A stretch of DNA of 64,000 nt from NCBI GenBank assembly GCA_028826165.1, contig JAPDFW010000059.1:496001-560000 (forward strand), written 5' to 3'. Numbering within the stretch: the stretch's first letter is position 1; every line of letters begins with the position of its first letter. The position numbers and the translations under genes are program-made. This stretch comes from Anaeramoeba ignava BMAN (lineage: Eukaryota; Protista; Anaeramoebae). Positions 52,001 to 64,000 of this stretch are shown piece after piece. The notes below the pieces were generated by a model. The model did no database searches. It was not told the DNA's origin and saw only the letters and a list, made by a program, of their open reading frames with translations.

Positions 52001-55000
52001 AAATGAATAAATTTTTGGAAATAAATCAATTATTTCTTGATTAATTTCATTTTCTTTCAATTCAAAAATATTCAAATCTTTCATTAATAATATTTTGGTT
52101 TCATTTGGATATTTATTTTCCAAAGCAATATGTAAAGGTATTTCATTTAGAACATTTTTTGAATTAATATTAGAACCTTTGGAAATTAATAATTTAATAA
52201 TTTCATTTGGGTATTTATTTTGTAAAGCAATATGTAAAGGTATTTCATTTTGATTATTTTTTGAATTAATATTAGATCCTTTGGAAATTAATAATTTAAT
52301 AATTTCATTTGGATTTTTATTGGAAAGAGCTGAATGTAAAGGTATTTCATTTTGATTATTTTTTGAATTAATATCAGATCCTTTTGAAATTAATAATTTA
52401 ATAATTTCTTTTGGATTTTGGTATTTCAAAGCAATATGTAAAGGTATTTCATTCCATTTATTTTTTGAATTAATATTAGAACCTTTGGAAATTAATAATT
52501 TAATAATTTCATTTGGATTTTGGTATTTCAAAGCAATATGTAAAGATATTTCATTTAGAATATTTTTTGAATTAATATCAGAACCTTTGGAAATTAATAA
52601 TTTAATAATTTCTTTTGGATTTTGGTATTTCAAAGCAATATGTAAAGGTATTTCATTTTCATTATTTTTTGAATTAATATCAGAACCTTTGGAAATTAAT
52701 AATTCAATAATTTCATTTGTATTTTGGTATTTCAAAGCAATATGTAAAGGTATTTCATTTAGAACATTTTTTGAATTAATATTAGAACCTTTGGAAATTA
52801 ATAATTTAATAATTTCTTTTGGATTTTTATGTTCCAAAGCAATATGTAAAGGTATTTCATTCCATTTATTTTTTGAATTAATATTAGAACCTTTGGAAAT
52901 TAATAATTCAATAATTTCATTTGAATATTTATTTTGTAAAGCAATATGTAAAGGTATTTCATTCAAATTATTTTTTAAATTAATATCAGAACCTTTGGAA
53001 ATTAATAATTTAATAATTTCATTTGAATATTTATTTTTCAAAGCAATATGTAAAGGTATTTCATTTTCATTATTTTTTGAATTAATATCAGAACTTTTGG
53101 AAATTAATAATTCAATAATTTCATTTGGATTTTGGTATTTCAAAGCAATATGTAAAGTTATTTCATTTAGAACATTTTTTGAATTAATATCAGAACCTTT
53201 GGAAATTAATAATTTAATAATTTCATTTGGATATTTATTTTCCAAAGCAATATGTAAAGGTATTTCATTCCATTTATTTTTTGAATTAATATCAGAACCT
53301 TTGGAAATTAATAATTCAATAATTTCATTTGAATATTGATTTTTTAAAGCAATATGTAAAGGTATTTCATTCCATTTATTTTTTGAATTAATATCAGAAC
53401 CTTTGGAAATTAATAATTCAATAATTTCATTTGAATATTGATTTTTTAAAGCAATATGTAAAGGTATTTCATTTTCATTATTTTTTGAATTAATATTAGA
53501 ACTTTTGGAAATTAATAATTCAATAATTTCATTTGAATTTTGGTATTTCAAAGCAATATGTAAAGATATTTCATTCAAATTATTTTTTGAATTAATATTA
53601 GAACCTTTGGAAATTAATAATTTAATAATTTCATTTGAATATTTATTTTTCAAAGCAATATGTAAAGATATTTCATTCAAATTATTTTTTGAATTAATAT
53701 CAGAACTTTTGGAAATTAATAATTCAATAATTTCTTTTGGATATTTATTTTTCAAAGCAATATGTAAAGGTATTTCATTTTCATTATTTTTTGAATTAAT
53801 ATCAGATTCTTTGGAAATTAATAATTTAATAATTTCATTTGAATATTTATTTTCCAAAGCAATATGTAAAGGTATTTCATTTTCATTATTTTTTGAATTA
53901 ATATCAGAACTTTTGGAAATTAATAATTTAATAATTTCATTTGGATTTTTATTGGAAAGAGCTGAATGTAAAGAATTATTTTTGTTTTTATCAACCCAAT
54001 TTAAATTAGTTTCTTTTTCAATAAGTTTTTGAATAATTTCTTTTTTTGATTTATTTTCAAAAGCATAATTTAAAAAAGGTTTATTTTCTTTTTCAAATTG
54101 TTCTGTTGTTTTTAAAGTTGAAATTGGATTAAAAAATTGAATATTATTTTTTAGAATTTCTTCATAAACTTTTTTTAATTGATTTGTGTTTTGGTTTATG
54201 TTTTGATTTATGTTTTGATTTATGTTTTGATTCATATTTTGATTCATGTTTTGATTTATGTTTTGATTTGTGTTTTGATTTGTGTTTTGATTTGTGTTTT
54301 GATTTTGTTTGTTTTCATTTGGATATAAATTTGAATTTTGATTGTTTGATAAAGATTTGAAATAAAAATCAAGTAAATAAGATCCTAAAATTGATTTTTG
54401 ATTTAATTGATAATAATCTTTTAAATCAGTAAATTCTTCAATATTTTCTTTGGTTAATTTTGTTTCATCAATTTTATCATTATAAAGAAAATAAATTAAT
54501 TGTTGAATTGTTTCAAATGATTTTTCTGAATATTCATGAACTTGATTTGATGAATCATTAACATTTAAAAACATTCCTTTAAATAATTCACTTCTTATTT
54601 GTAATATTAATTTATGAACTTTAATTTCTTTTTTTTCAATAATTATTTTAAAATCTTTAGTTTCATTTTGTTGATAAAATTCTTCAAAATCTTTTAATAT
54701 TCCTTTTATTCCTTCTTTTTCTTTAATCCATTTTAAATCAAATCCTGTTTCTTCAAATAAATCATAAATTAATTCTTTTTCAAATTCTTCTTTTTTATTT
54801 TCAATTTCATTTGAATTTAGTTCTTCTTCTTTTTTTTGATTTTCAAATTCAATTTGATTTGAAAATAAAAATTGAAAATTTGAATTAAATTGTGTTTGAT
54901 TTTGAATAAATTGATTATTAAATTTTTCAATAAATTTATCAAAATCAATAAATCCTGTATAAAGAAAATTTAATGCAAATTGAATAATTTTTTTTGATTT

Positions 55001-56974
55001 TCTTCTGCAAATATTAATAAATCTTGTTAAAATTGTTGGATTATTATTAAATCTAATTAATAAAATTTGTTTATGAGCTTTAATTATTTCACCATCATTA
55101 CTTTTAATTTCAATATCAGTGAATTCATTTGATTTCAAAAAATTGTTTAAATCATCATTAAATGAATAAATTTTTGGAAATAAATCAATTATTTCTTGAT
55201 TAATTTCATTTTCTTTCAATTCAAAAATATTCAAATATCTCATTAATAATATTTTGATTTCATTTGAATATTTATTTTCTAAAGCAATATATAAAGGTAT
55301 TTCATTTAGAACATTTTTTGAATTAATATCAGATCCTTTGGAAATTAATAATTCAATAATTTCTTTTGGATTTTGGTATTTCAAAGCAATATGTAAAGGT
55401 GTTTCATTCCATTTATTTTTTGAATTAATATCAGAACCTTTGGAAATTAATAATTTAATAATTTCATTTGGATTTTGGTATTTCAAAGCAATATGTAAAG
55501 GTATTTCATTCCATTTATTTTTTGAATTAATATCAGATCCTTTTGAAATTAATAATTCAATAATTTCATTTGAATATTTATTTTTCAAAGCAATATGTAA
55601 AGGTATTTCATTCCATTTATTTTTTGAATTAATATCAGAACCTTTGGAAATTAATAATTTAATAATTTCATTTGGATTTTGGTATTTCAAAGCAATATGT
55701 AAAGATATTTCATTTTCATTATTTTTTGAATTAATATCAGAACCTTTGGAAATTAATAATTCAATAATTTCTTTTGAATATTTATTTTTCAAAGCAATAT
55801 ATAAAGGTATTTCATTCCATTTATTTTTTGAATTAATATTAGATCCTTTGGAAATTAATAATTTAATAATTTCATTTGTATTTTGGTATTTCAAAGCAAT
55901 ATGTAAAGGTATTTCATTCCATTTATTTTTTGAATTAATATCAGAACCTTTGGAAATTAATAATTCAATAATTTCATTTGAATATTTATTTTTCAAAGCA
56001 ATATGTAAAGGTATTTCATTTTCATTATTTTTTGAATTAATATTAGATCCTTTGGAAATTAATAATTTAATAATTTCATTTGGATTTTGGTATTTCAAAG
56101 CAATATGTAAAGGTATTTCATTTCATTTATTTTTTGAATTAATATCAGAACCTTTGGAAATTAATAATTTAATAATTTCTTTTGAATATTTATTTTTCAA
56201 AGCAATATATAAAGGTATTTCATTCCATTTATTTTTTGAGTTAATATTAGAACTTTTGGAAATTAATAATTCAATAATTTCATTTGGATTTTTATTGGAA
56301 AGAGATGAATGTAAAGAATTATTTTTGTTTTTATCAATCCAATTTAAATTAGTTTCTTTTTCAATAAGTTTTTGAATAATTTCTTTTTTTGATTTATTTT
56401 CAAAAGCATAATTTAAAAAAGGTTTATTTTCTTTTTCAAATTGTTCTGTTGTTTTTAAAGTTGAAATTGAATCAAAAAATTGAATGTTATTTTTTAAAAT
56501 TGCTTCATAAATTTTTTTTAATTGATTTATATTTTGATTTATATTTTGATTTGTATTTTGATTTATGTTTTGATTTGTGTTTTGATTTATATTTTGATTT
56601 ATATTTTGATTCATGTTTTGATTTATGTTTTGATTTATGTTTTGATTTGTGTTTTGATTTATATTTTGATTTGTATTTTGATTTATATTTTGATTTGTGT
56701 TTTGATTTATGTTTTGTTTTGTGTTTTGATTTATATTTTGATTTGTATTTTGATTTATATTTTGGTTTATATTTTGATTTATATTTTGATTTATATTTTG
56801 ATTTATATTTTGATTTATATTTTGATTTATGTTTTGATTTGTGTTTTGATTTATGTTTTGTTTTGTGTTTTGATTTATATTTTGATTTATATTTTGGTTT
56901 ATGTTTTGATTTATGTTTTGATTTATATTTTGATTTATATTTTGATTTATATTTTGATTTATGTTTTGATTCAT
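49008..56974 (-). CDS. Fused polyprotein of three [NQ tract-ANKn-BTB-BTB] modules (approx. 11, 19 and 9 ANK repeats)
   Basis: ORF 51869-56098 reads through BTB2 via SNNQNSNLYPNENKQNQN into the next module, and the same linker recurs at ~51140-51185. Interrupted by TGA at 56125-56123 and a few indels. Confidence 0.75.
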
Positions 56975-57155
56975 GTTTTGATTTTGTATTTTTTTGTTTT
57001 TTGTGTTTTGTTTTTTTTTGTTTTGTTTTATGTTTTGTTTTGTATTTTGTGTTTTGTTTTTAATTTAAATGAATTAAAAAAAAAGAATAAAAAAAAAGAA
57101 AAAAATGAATTTTGAATTTTTAATTTTTTAATTTTTGATTTTTAATTTTAATTTT

Positions 57156-58616
57156 TTAAATGAAATAAGTTTCAAGTTCATCAACTTTCCATTGATTATA
57201 AGAACCAGCTAAATAAATTTTAGCTTCATTAGTATTTGGTTTAATTCCATCAGGTAAATTATAAGTATTTCCAAAAAAAGTAAATCCACTTCTCAAATCA
57301 CAATTTAAATGAATATCATTTCCTCCTCCAAAAGAAGGTCCTTGATTTGCTCGATAATAATAAATTGCTAATTGACTTAATTCAGGTTTAATTGTAAATT
57401 TTTCTGGATATTTTCTTTCATTAATTAAGGAAAAAAGAAATGCATTTGGATCTTCAATATATGAATAATTCAAATTTGTATTATTGGGAAGCCATTTTGT
57501 TTTATCATTTGTAAATCCAACTGAAGTAAATCCTCCAAAAATGTAATCATCTTCTGTTTTGATAATAATTAATGTTTTTCCTTTGTTTTCACAAATTTCA
57601 TACCATTTTTTACAATCAAATCCTTCTTTTTTGGCTGAAAATCCTCTTTTCATTTTGGAAAGAAATTATCATCATTTATCCATTCTTTTAATTTATTGAA
57701 ATGTTCTTTTTCTTTAATTATTGTTGATGAATTTAAACTTAATCTTGATTTGAAAATTAATGAATTTTCTTTTTCAATAAATTGATTTAATTCTTTTTCT
57801 TCATTTTCATTTTGTTCAAGTTTTTGGAATTGAATTAATTTTTGTGAAATTTGATTTGGAATTAATTCTTGTTTCAAAGTATCTTCAATTTCTTCTTTTG
57901 TAAAATCAATAAATCTTATTTTATCAATAACATTGGAAATTTGATTTTGAATTTTTTCTTTTTCTTCTTTGTTCAAATTTTTGATTAATATTTGATTTAT
58001 GTTTTCCCCATTTTATTATTGATTGGAAAAGTTTAAATTCATTTATTGAAATATTATCATTTGATAAAATTGAATTTAAATGATTTTCTTCAAGTTCAAG
58101 AAAAAATGAAGTTTTGATAAATTCTTCAAAATTATCTAAAATAAATTTATAAGAAGAATCTAATAATTGATTGAAATTCATTGATTCAGATAATTTAAGA
58201 ATATCAATAATAATTTCAAATTGTAAATTATTTTTGATAAAATTTGAAGAAAATTCAATTAATTCATCAATTAAATATTTTGATGAAAAAATTAAAATTT
58301 GAATTGCATTTTCTGAATTAATTTCTATTTTTCCTGAATAAAAATAATTCAAAATTGAAGACAAAATTGGACTTGAAACTTCTTGAAGAATTAATTTGTT
58401 TTCTTGATATTCTTTCATTTTGGAATTGAAAAGAGATTTAAAATATTGACTTCTTGAAGAAAGGATTGATTTATGAGTTTTAAATGAAGTTTGATCTTGT
58501 TCGCAAATTATTTCAAAATCAAAATACGTTTCTTCTTCTTTTTCATTTTGGTTTTGATTTTGGAATAAATTTTTTAAATCATTTGAAAGTTTTTCTAAAT
58601 TTGAATAAGTTTCCAT
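57156..58616 (-). CDS. BTB-BACK-TLDc protein (two apparent frameshifts)
   Basis: DFEIIC...THKSILSSRSQYF; BACK region; TLDc motifs GFSAKKEGF, IFGGFTS, AFLFSL, GPSFGGG and a terminal VDELETY. Confidence 0.88.
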
Positions 58617-58689
58617 TTTTTAAAAATAAAAATAAAAAAAAAATGAAAATGAAAATGAAAAATTTCTTTTTAAAATTTTCTTAAATTGA

Positions 58690-60135
58690 GAACTCATTAT
58701 TTCATCAACTTTTCTTTATTTAAAATAATATAAAATAATTCAAAATGATTTAATAAAATTGATAAAATATTTTAATTAATTTTATTTCAAAAATGAAATT
58801 ATATATTTTATTAACTTTTCCTTATTTAAATTAATATAAAATTATTCAAAATAATTTAATAAAATTGATGAAATATTTTAATTAATTTTATTTCAAAAAT
58901 GAAATAAATAATATTAAGTAATTAAATTTAAAATTAATTCTAATTTATATATTTTATTAACTTTTCCTTATTTAAATTAATATAAAATTAATTTAAAATA
59001 ACTTAATAAAATTGATAAAATATTTTAATCAACTTATTTCAAAAATGGAATAAATAATATTAAGTAATTAAATTTAAAATTAATTCTAATTTATATATTT
59101 TATTAACTTTTCTTTATTTAAATTAATATAAAATTATTCAAAATAACTTAATAAAATTGATGAAATATTTTAATTAATTTATTTCAAAAATGGAATAAAT
59201 AATATTAAGTAATTAAATTTAAAATTAATTCTAATTTATATATTTTATTAACTTTTCCTTTATTTAAAATAATTTAAAATAATTCAAAATGATTTAATAA
59301 AATTGATAAAATATTTTAATTAATTTATTTCAAAAATGAAATAATTAATATTAAGTAATTAAATTTAGAATTAATTCTAATTTATATATTTTATCAACTT
59401 TCCTTTATTTAAATTAATATAAAATAATTCAAAATAATTTAATAAAATTAATGAAATATTTTAATTAATTTATTTCAAAAATGGAATAAATAATATTAAA
59501 TAAGTAAATTTAAAATTAATTCTAATTTATATATTTTATTAACTTTCTTTTATTTAAAATAATTCAAAAATAATTTAAAATAAAATTTTAAAATATTTTA
59601 ATTAATTTATTTCAAAAAAAATGAAAAATATTTAAATTAATTTTAATTTCAAAAATTAAATTTATTTAAATTAATATAAAATAATTCAAAAATAAAATTA
59701 ATAAAATATTTTAATTAATTTATTTCAAAAATGAAATAAATTAATAAAAAATAAATTTAAAATGAATTTAATAAAATTTATTAACTTTTTTATTTTAATT
59801 AAAATAATTCAAAAAATAAATTGATAAAATATTTTAATTAATTTATTTCAAAAATGAAATAAATAATATTAAATAAGTAAATTTAAAATTAATTCTAATT
59901 TATATATTTATTAACTTTTATTTATTTAAATTAATATAAAATAATTCAAAATAATTTAATAAAATTAATGAAATATTTTAATTATTTTATTTCAAAAATG
60001 GAATAAATAATATTAAATAAGTAAATTTAAAATTAATTCTAATTTATATATTTTATTAACTTTTCCTTATTTAAATTAATTTAAAATAATTCAAAATGAT
60101 TTAATAAAATTGATAAAATATTTTAATTATTTTTA
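58690..60135. repeat. AT-rich tandem satellite, ~145-146 bp monomer, roughly 10 copies
   Basis: The landmark TTAATTCTAATTTATAT recurs at ~58940, 59086, 59231, 59377, 59522, 59895 and 60039. Confidence 0.9.
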
Positions 60136-60268
60136 ATAAGATTTTTAAATTAAAATTAAAATTTTAAAATTGGATTTGTTTCCTTTTTTATTGATTTGGA
60201 GAATTTAATTTGATTGAAAATAAAAGAAAATAGGATTGAATTTTGAAAAAAAAAGAGAAAGTAAATCT

Positions 60269-61825
60269 TTAAATGAAAAAAGTTTCAAGTTCATCAACAA
60301 CCCAATTATTCCAAGAACCAGCTAAATAACGTTTAGCTTTATCTGTATTCCATTTAATTCCATTAGGAAGATTGTAACAATTACCAAAATTTGAATAACC
60401 AGGTTGTAATTTATTATTTAAAGAAATATCACCAGCTCCAGATCCAAATCTATTTTTTCCAAAACCTGGACCATGAAATTGATCATACCAAATTGCAAAT
60501 TTCTCTTGAGTTTTTCTAACAGGAAATTTCTCAGGTTTTCTATTATTCTTGTCATTTCTTAATGAAAAAATAAATGCAGTTGAATCAACAATCCATTCAT
60601 TATCAATTTCATCACCACTATCTTCATCACTATCTTCATCACTATCTTCTTCAAATTTGTCAAATTTTTTATCCCATTTTAATATATCTCCTTTCCATCC
60701 AATTGAAGTAAATCCTCCAAAAATGTAATTATCTTTTGTTTTAATAATAACTAGTGTTTTTCCTTTATTATCACATTTTAAATGCCATTTTTTACAATTA
60801 AATCCATCTCTTTTGGCTGAAAATCCTCTTTTCATTTTGGAAAAGAATTCATTATCATTTATCCATTCTTTTAATTGATTCAAATGTTCTTTTTCTTGAA
60901 TTATTGTTGATTCAAATTTAAGTCTTGTTTTGAAAATGAATGAATATTGGTTTCGATTTTCATTTTCAATAAATTGGTCTAATTTGTTTTTGTGTTTTTT
61001 TTGGTCATTTTGAAGTTTTTGGAATTCAAATAATTTTTGTGAAATTTGATTTGGAATTAAATCTTGTTTCAAAGTATCTTCAATTTCTTGTTTTGAGAAA
61101 TCAATAAATCTGATTTTATCAATAACATTTGAAATTTGGATTTGAATTTGCTCTTTTTCTTTTTTATCAAGTTTTTTATTTCTTTTTTCTTGATTGATGT
61201 TTGATTTATGCTTTCCCCATTTTATTATTGATTGGAACATTTCGAATTCATTTATTGGAATTTCATCATTTAATAAAATTGAATTTAGATTATTTTCTTC
61301 AAGTCCAAGAAAAAAAGGAGTTTTGGCAAATTCTTTAAAATTTTCGGAAATAAATTGATAAGAAGAATCCATTAATTTATTGAAATTCATTGCTTCAGAT
61401 AATTTAAGAACATCAACAACTGATTCAATTTTTAAATTCTTTTTGATAAAATTTGAGCACAATTCAATTAATTCATCAATTAAATATTTTGATGAAAAGA
61501 ACAAAATTTCAATTGCATTTTGTAAATTAATTTCTATTTTTCCTGAATAAAAATAGTTCAAAATTGAAGATATAGTTGAAAATGAAACATCTTTTAGAAT
61601 TAATTTATTTTCTTGAAATTCTTTCATTTTGGAATTGAAAAGAGATTTAAAATATTGACTTCTTGAAGAAAGAATTGATTTATGAGTTTTAAATGAAACT
61701 TGTTTTGTTTCTTGATTTTGTTCGCAAATTATTTCAAAATCGAAATATGTTTCTTCTTGGTTTTGGTTTTGAAATAAATTTTTTAAATCATTTGAAAGTT
61801 TTTCTAAATTTAAATAAGTTTCCAT
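60269..61825 (-). CDS. BTB-BACK-TLDc protein (intact paralogue)
   Basis: 518-aa ORF with the same motifs, plus an acidic EDSD-repeat insertion in TLDc. Confidence 0.92.
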   Translation of the reverse strand: METYLNLEKLSNDLKNLFQNQNQEETYFDFEIICEQNQETKQVSFKTHKSILSSRSQYFKSLFNSKMKEFQENKLILKDVSFSTISSILNYFYSGKIEINLQNAIEILFFSSKYLIDELIELCSNFIKKNLKIESVVDVLKLSEAMNFNKLMDSSYQFISENFKEFAKTPFFLGLEENNLNSILLNDEIPINEFEMFQSIIKWGKHKSNINQEKRNKKLDKKEKEQIQIQISNVIDKIRFIDFSKQEIEDTLKQDLIPNQISQKLFEFQKLQNDQKKHKNKLDQFIENENRNQYSFIFKTRLKFESTIIQEKEHLNQLKEWINDNEFFSKMKRGFSAKRDGFNCKKWHLKCDNKGKTLVIIKTKDNYIFGGFTSIGWKGDILKWDKKFDKFEEDSDEDSDEDSGDEIDNEWIVDSTAFIFSLRNDKNNRKPEKFPVRKTQEKFAIWYDQFHGPGFGKNRFGSGAGDISLNNKLQPGYSNFGNCYNLPNGIKWNTDKAKRYLAGSWNNWVVDELETFFI

Positions 61826-61945
61826 TTTTTAAAAATAAAAAAGAAAAAAAATGAAAAAAAAAAATTTTTGGAATTTTTTAATTTTTAATTTTTCATTTTT
61901 TTTTAATTTTTAAATAAAAAAAATAAAAACAAATCTTAAATAAAA

Positions 61946-64000
61946 ATGCTAAATGAACAAGTATTATTATTATTTTATATAAATACTAAATAAATAATAA
62001 AAATAACTTTTGACATTTTTTTTTCTCACTTTTTATCAAAATAAAATAAAATAAAATAAAATAAAATAAAATAAAATAAAATAAATAGACATTTTTAAAT
62101 TGGGCAAATCCATTTCTTTCCAAAAGAGATATTCAAATTACAAATGTAAAAGAAGGATTTTCTGAAGGAGTTAATCTTCCTATTTTAATTGAAGAAGTTT
62201 TTAATGTGAAACTAAGATATAAACCAAGTCCAAAACACAGATTTATGAAAATTGCAAATATTTCAATTGCTTTTGAATATTTAAAACAAATAGGTTTAAA
62301 AAATCTTTGTGATCCAGCTGGTAAATAATTTCTAATTTAAATTTTTATTGGAAAAAAAAAAGCAAAAAAAAAATAAAAATAAATCAAAAAAAAAATAACA
62401 ATTCAAACTACAGTCATAATTACAAACACAAATTAAAATTAAAATTAAAATTAAAATTAAAATTAAAATTAAAATTAAAATTAAAATAAAAATAAAAATA
62501 AAAATTAAAATTAAAATTAAAATTAAAATTAAAATTAAAATTAAAATTAAAATTAAAATCAAAATTAAAATTAAAATTAAAATTAAAATTAAAATTAAAA
62601 TTAAAATTAAAATTTAAAATTAAAATTAAAATTAAAATTAAAATTAAAATTAAAATTAAAATTAAAATTAAAATTAAAATTAAAATTAAAATTAAAATTT
62701 AAAATTAAAATTAAAATTAATTATAAAATTAAAACTAAAATTAAAATTAAAATTCATTTACAAAATTAAAATTAAAATTAAAATTAAAATTAAAATTTAA
62801 AATTAAAATTAAAATTAAAAATTAAAATTAAAATTTAAAATTAAAATTATAATTAAAATTAAAATTAAAATTAAAATTAAAATCAAAATTAAAATTAAAA
62901 TTTAAAATTAAAATTTATTTGTAAAATTAAAAATAAAATTGAAATAGATTTTGTTGATGAAAAAGTTGAAACTATTCTTGGAACTTTGTTTAATATTATG
63001 AAATCTAAAAATAGACAATATTTAAGTCCGAAAAAATTAAACCGAATGAGTACATATCTATTTCCCAATACTGAACCTTTAAACAAACAAAAAAACGAAA
63101 CTAAACTTAAAAGAAGTCAAACATTATCAGTTTCTTCTAAAGTTATGCGACCAAAATTTGATAGATTTGAAGAATTGAATTTAAATTATCAAAAACAAAA
63201 AGCAAAAAAACAAATTAATTTTAACAAAAAAGATGAAAAAAAGAATTTAAAATCAAAAGAAATTGATTTAACATCTAAAAATGAATCAATTCAAAATTCA
63301 AAACAAATTGAAAAAAAAGATGAAAAAATTGAAAAGAAAAATATTCCAAAATCAGAATCAGTTTCAAAAAGAGTTAATTTCCAAGAAAATAATCAAAATC
63401 AAAATTCAAAACAAATTGAAAAAAAAGATGAAAATATTGAAAATCAAAATCAAAATCAAAAAATCAAAACAAATTGAAAAGAAAAATGATTTTATTCAAA
63501 AAATAAAACAATTTGAATCTAAAAATGAAAATATTCAAAAACAAACTCATCAAAAAAGAAATATACAAAATCAAAATCAAAATCAAAAACCAAAACAAAT
63601 TGAAAAGAAAAATGAAAATAAAAAATCAAAATCAAAAACCAAAACAAATTGAAAAGAAAATTGAAAAGAAAAATGAAAATATAAATAAAAATCAAAATCA
63701 AAAGAAAATTGAAAATCAAAATCAAAAGAAAATTGAAAATCAAAATCAAATTGAAAAGAAAATTGAAAAGAAAAATGAAAATATAAATAAAAATCAAAAT
63801 CAAAAGAAAATTGAAAATATAAATAAAAATCAAAATCAAAAGAAAATTGAAAATCAAAATCAAAATATAAATAAAAATCAAAATCAAAATCAAAAACAAA
63901 TTGAAAAGAAAATTGAAAAGAAAAATCAAAATATAAATAAAAATCAAAATCAAAAGAAAATTGAAAATCAAAATCAAAATATAAATAAAAATCAAAATCA
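61946..64000 (+). CDS. Calponin-homology (CH) domain protein, 5' part (exons 61946-61960, 62089-62320, 62948-)
   Basis: MLNEQ/TFLNWAN...GFSEGVNLPILIEEV...KIANISIAFEYLK...PA/DFVDEKVETILGTLFNI is a CH1-type domain, followed by a low-complexity tail. Confidence 0.85.

Noticed and set aside
47038-56375. Long plus-strand ORFs such as MEINNLIISF... (up to 373 aa)
   Set aside because: Antisense shadows of the 99-bp ankyrin repeats, with no independent coding signal.
15036-57985. Programmed frameshifting or widespread pseudogenisation (breaks near 15038, 33270, 36260, 47281, 47555, 50185, 51045, 51872, 57660, 57980)
   Set aside because: Most breaks are 1-nt indels in or near homopolymers, including in conserved genes like ERLIN, with no shared slippery motif. 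Long-read error is simpler, though untested.
1-64000. Stop-codon reassignment, inteins, transposases, tRNA or rRNA genes
   Set aside because: TAA, TAG and TGA all end genes normally apart from the SECIS-linked TGA. No Hint, endonuclease, RT or DDE motifs or cloverleaf structures were recognised by eye.

Overview
Extremely AT-rich, gene-dense eukaryotic (protist) DNA with spliceosomal introns and the standard genetic code. The expansions of ANK-BTB, Kelch-BTB and BTB-BACK-TLDc genes and the NQ/EN low-complexity tracts resemble the anaerobic metamonad Anaeramoeba; this is an inference, not verified. About 20 genes can be built by hand: the 3' part of a Rab, a coiled-coil protein, a BK/Slo K+ channel, an aftiphilin-like protein, an Rdx-family selenoprotein, a Kelch-BTB protein, a Gbp2-like RRM protein, a GET1-like protein, a SAC9-like protein, ERLIN, four tandem ANK-TKL kinases, a PAS protein, an ANK-BTB-BTB array, two BTB-BACK-TLDc genes and a CH-domain protein. 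The main signals missed by the ORF track are (1) a spliced CGG-UGA selenoprotein gene with a canonical SECIS in its 3' UTR, (2) a minor-spliceosome (U12-type) intron with apparent GT-AT ends in the K+ channel pore, (3) a box C/D snoRNA with compensated C/D boxes predicted to guide the SSU rRNA Gm1271-equivalent, and (4) a tandemly fused ankyrin-BTB array with shuffled repeat variants. Also notable are satellite-filled, AG-poor introns with A-rich acceptors, a recurrent TCATTT initiator-like motif in short head-to-head promoters, and a ~145-bp satellite. Many single-base frameshifts, mostly in homopolymers, suggest residual long-read assembly errors.
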